Made by a program: the position numbers and the translations under genes. The notes below the pieces were generated by a model. The model ran no database searches, was not told the origin of the DNA, and was given only the letters and a program-made list of their open reading frames with translations. DNA of 29,095 nt from the NCBI GenBank assembly GCA_018260615.1, contig JAGWDQ010000111.1, positions 1 to 29,095 on the forward strand. Reading direction: 5' to 3'. This DNA is from Candidatus Altarchaeum sp. (GTDB lineage: Archaea; Altiarchaeota; Altiarchaeia; Altiarchaeales; Altiarchaeaceae). Of this stretch, positions 27,289 to 29,095 are shown one piece after another; within the stretch, counting starts at the first letter, position 1; each line of letters begins with the position of its first letter.

Positions 27289-28683
27289 TTACTTTGTCTT
27301 CACATCCAGCCCTCCTCCGGTCCAGTTTTTCCGTAAAAAATCACCCAATCCCCCGGAGTCCTGCGGACCAACTAAAATTTCCCATTTTGTCGCGTCCTCT
27401 ATTGCTCCTTTTATTCTTCCGACATATCCCGGAACAACAAGTTTTCTGTGCTTCACTAAATTTTCAACCTTGCTGTTATCCATCGCTTCCTTTATTTTAT
27501 CCGCTGTTAATTTTCCGCCCGCAAGAGCAACGAGAACAGCTAATCCCTCCGTATCCATGACAAGCAGCCAGCAGGAAATTTTTGCACTTTCAACATCCCC
27601 CGCAACGGCAAAATATGTCAGGGCAAAATTTGAAGTTATCAATACGGGAGAATTTTCATCCGGTGTTCCAATCGCATACATTTTTGGCTCTGTTGTCGGA
27701 TTTACTCTCGGGTCAGCATAAACATTCATCCTCAAGGTCAGTGTTTCCATAACGCTGTAAATTTCATTAAAGTGAAATGCAATCAGGCCGACAAATCTGT
27801 CCAAACACAAAGAAATTGACAATGCCTCAAAAACCGCTGATGTTTCGCCTAAATTTAAATTTTTTAATCCGACCGTTGAAATCATTACGGGAAAAGAAAA
27901 TTCCTTAACATCCTTTATCGCCGCCTTTCTTAAAATTTCAAGTTTGTTAATAACGGAAGATAAATTTTCAAAGTCAAATCCGGGGTCAATAACAATATCG
28001 GTAAATCCTGCATTCATGAGGGTTTTTGTCATTGAGCCGATTTCATCCAGATTTTCCGAATGAACAGCCAGAGGACAATTGTATTTTCTTGCTAATTCAG
28101 ACATCTCTTTAAAATTTTCCTTTGTTGCCGCATAAATCAAAGGCCTTCTGTCTTTTGTTATTTCAAGGGCGGCATCCATAATTTCCGGATTTAGGGTGCA
28201 CAACATTATGAATTTGTCAAAATTCTGGCAAACCGTATTTACCGTCTTTAAAAATTGAGCCTTGTCGTTTGTCGCACATCGTAAACAAATTCCGTCTAAC
28301 CGTAAAATTTTTCCGACTCTTTCATACCTGTAATTTTTGACAAAGTCAATACGGTTTTTAATGGTATTTTCATCCATCGCGTCGCTAATGTCAAGCACCA
28401 TTGCCGCCGGATTGAAAAATTTAAGGTCGTGCCTGTACATCACTTCTTCTCCGCCAATAGTAATTGCCTGCTCATCTTTTCCGATTACAACTTCCCGGAC
28501 GGGAGGAGTTATAACTTCTCTTAATTTTTTTAGTTTGTCTCCTTTTAACTGCACACAGTGTTCTGCCTTTACTCCTCTTTCCATTAATTTCATGGCGAAT
28601 GCCATACATGTTTTCTCGGTGCATTCTCCGCAATTTGTTTTCGGGAGTAATTTATAAAGCTGTAACGCACTTAATCTTGCCAT
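27289..28683 (-). CDS. cdhE: Corrinoid iron-sulfur protein large subunit (ACDS gamma, CdhE/AcsC)
   Basis: YKLLPKTNCGECTEKTCMAFA Fe-S domain; SPVLITSNFALTYFAVAGD, DTEGLAVL, ILVGPQDS motifs. Confidence 0.96.
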   Translation of the reverse strand: MARLSALQLYKLLPKTNCGECTEKTCMAFAMKLMERGVKAEHCVQLKGDKLKKLREVITPPVREVVIGKDEQAITIGGEEVMYRHDLKFFNPAAMVLDISDAMDENTIKNRIDFVKNYRYERVGKILRLDGICLRCATNDKAQFLKTVNTVCQNFDKFIMLCTLNPEIMDAALEITKDRRPLIYAATKENFKEMSELARKYNCPLAVHSENLDEIGSMTKTLMNAGFTDIVIDPGFDFENLSSVINKLEILRKAAIKDVKEFSFPVMISTVGLKNLNLGETSAVFEALSISLCLDRFVGLIAFHFNEIYSVMETLTLRMNVYADPRVNPTTEPKMYAIGTPDENSPVLITSNFALTYFAVAGDVESAKISCWLLVMDTEGLAVLVALAGGKLTADKIKEAMDNSKVENLVKHRKLVVPGYVGRIKGAIEDATKWEILVGPQDSGGLGDFLRKNWTGGGLDVKTK

Positions 28684-28938
28684 TTTATATTAGGTTAGGT
28701 TATTATGATTTTTATTAAAGGTATGTCTGAAATTTTAAATTTTTCACTGATTTACTTTTTTCTTTTTCGCCCGTCGTTTTTCTTTTTTTAAAAGAAAAAG
28801 GCAGAAGGTGTAACGCACTTAATCTTGCCATTTTATATTTTTTGAAATGTCTAAATTTATAATATTGAAATTTTTAAATTTTTTTGAGAGTGCATATTTT
28901 TCTCTTTTGGTAACGCACTTAATCTTGCTATTTTATAT
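28661..28938 (-). repeat. Three copies of a 29-31 bp segment spanning the cdhE start codon
   Basis: TGTAACGCACTTAATCTTGCCATTTTATATT at 28661-28691 and 28809-28839 (identical); third copy 28910-28938 with ATG>ATA. Confidence 0.92.
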
Positions 28939-28974
28939 GGATTTTAAATTTTTTAAATTTTTTCTGATTTTTAG

Positions 28975-28996
28975 GTAACTTCTCAATAAGTTGTGG
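28975..28996. repeat. Inverted partner of 34-55
   Basis: GTAACTTCTCAATAAGTTGTGG, 21/22 match to the reverse complement of 34-55. Confidence 0.7.
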
Positions 28997-29095
28997 TAAA
29001 TAAATTTTGTAACTGCTCATTTTATAAAAAAATAAACACAAAAAAATTCAAAATAAATTAACAATAGAACGCTAATTATTTAATACATGAAAACG

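Noticed and set aside
1-29095. tRNA, rRNA, integrase or transposase genes; remaining short antisense ORFs in the track
   Set aside because: None recognisable; the short opposite-strand ORFs are shadows of the longer genes

Overview
AT-rich archaeal DNA; gene content (ACDS-type CdhA/CdhE, dockerin surface proteins, TatAC, many small toxin-antitoxin pairs) suggests Ca. Altiarchaeum or a relative (inference, not searched). From 5' to 3': an Mre11/SbcD + Rad50/SbcC-like pair, a membrane protein, a palindromic repeat field ending in a 47-bp tandem array, a Tat-exported formate dehydrogenase (fdhA-fdhB plus a His-free membrane protein) divergent from tatA-tatC, a RelBE-like pair with frameshifted toxin, an interrupted small dockerin gene, cdhA, a TPR gene, a 1167-aa dockerin surface protein, three further TA modules (one hit by a MITE), a second cdhA paralogue, a TPR gene and cdhE. 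Main result: both CdhA proteins carry four ferredoxin-type CxxCxxCxxxCP motifs (canonical CdhA has two) with a winged helix-turn-helix inserted among them, and the second paralogue has lost every Ni-Fe-S C-cluster ligand while keeping the B-cluster, Fe-S and wHTH parts. This is a candidate CODH-derived redox-sensor/regulator or enzyme-pseudoenzyme pair. All family calls come from motif recognition and remembered reference sequences; no database searches were run.
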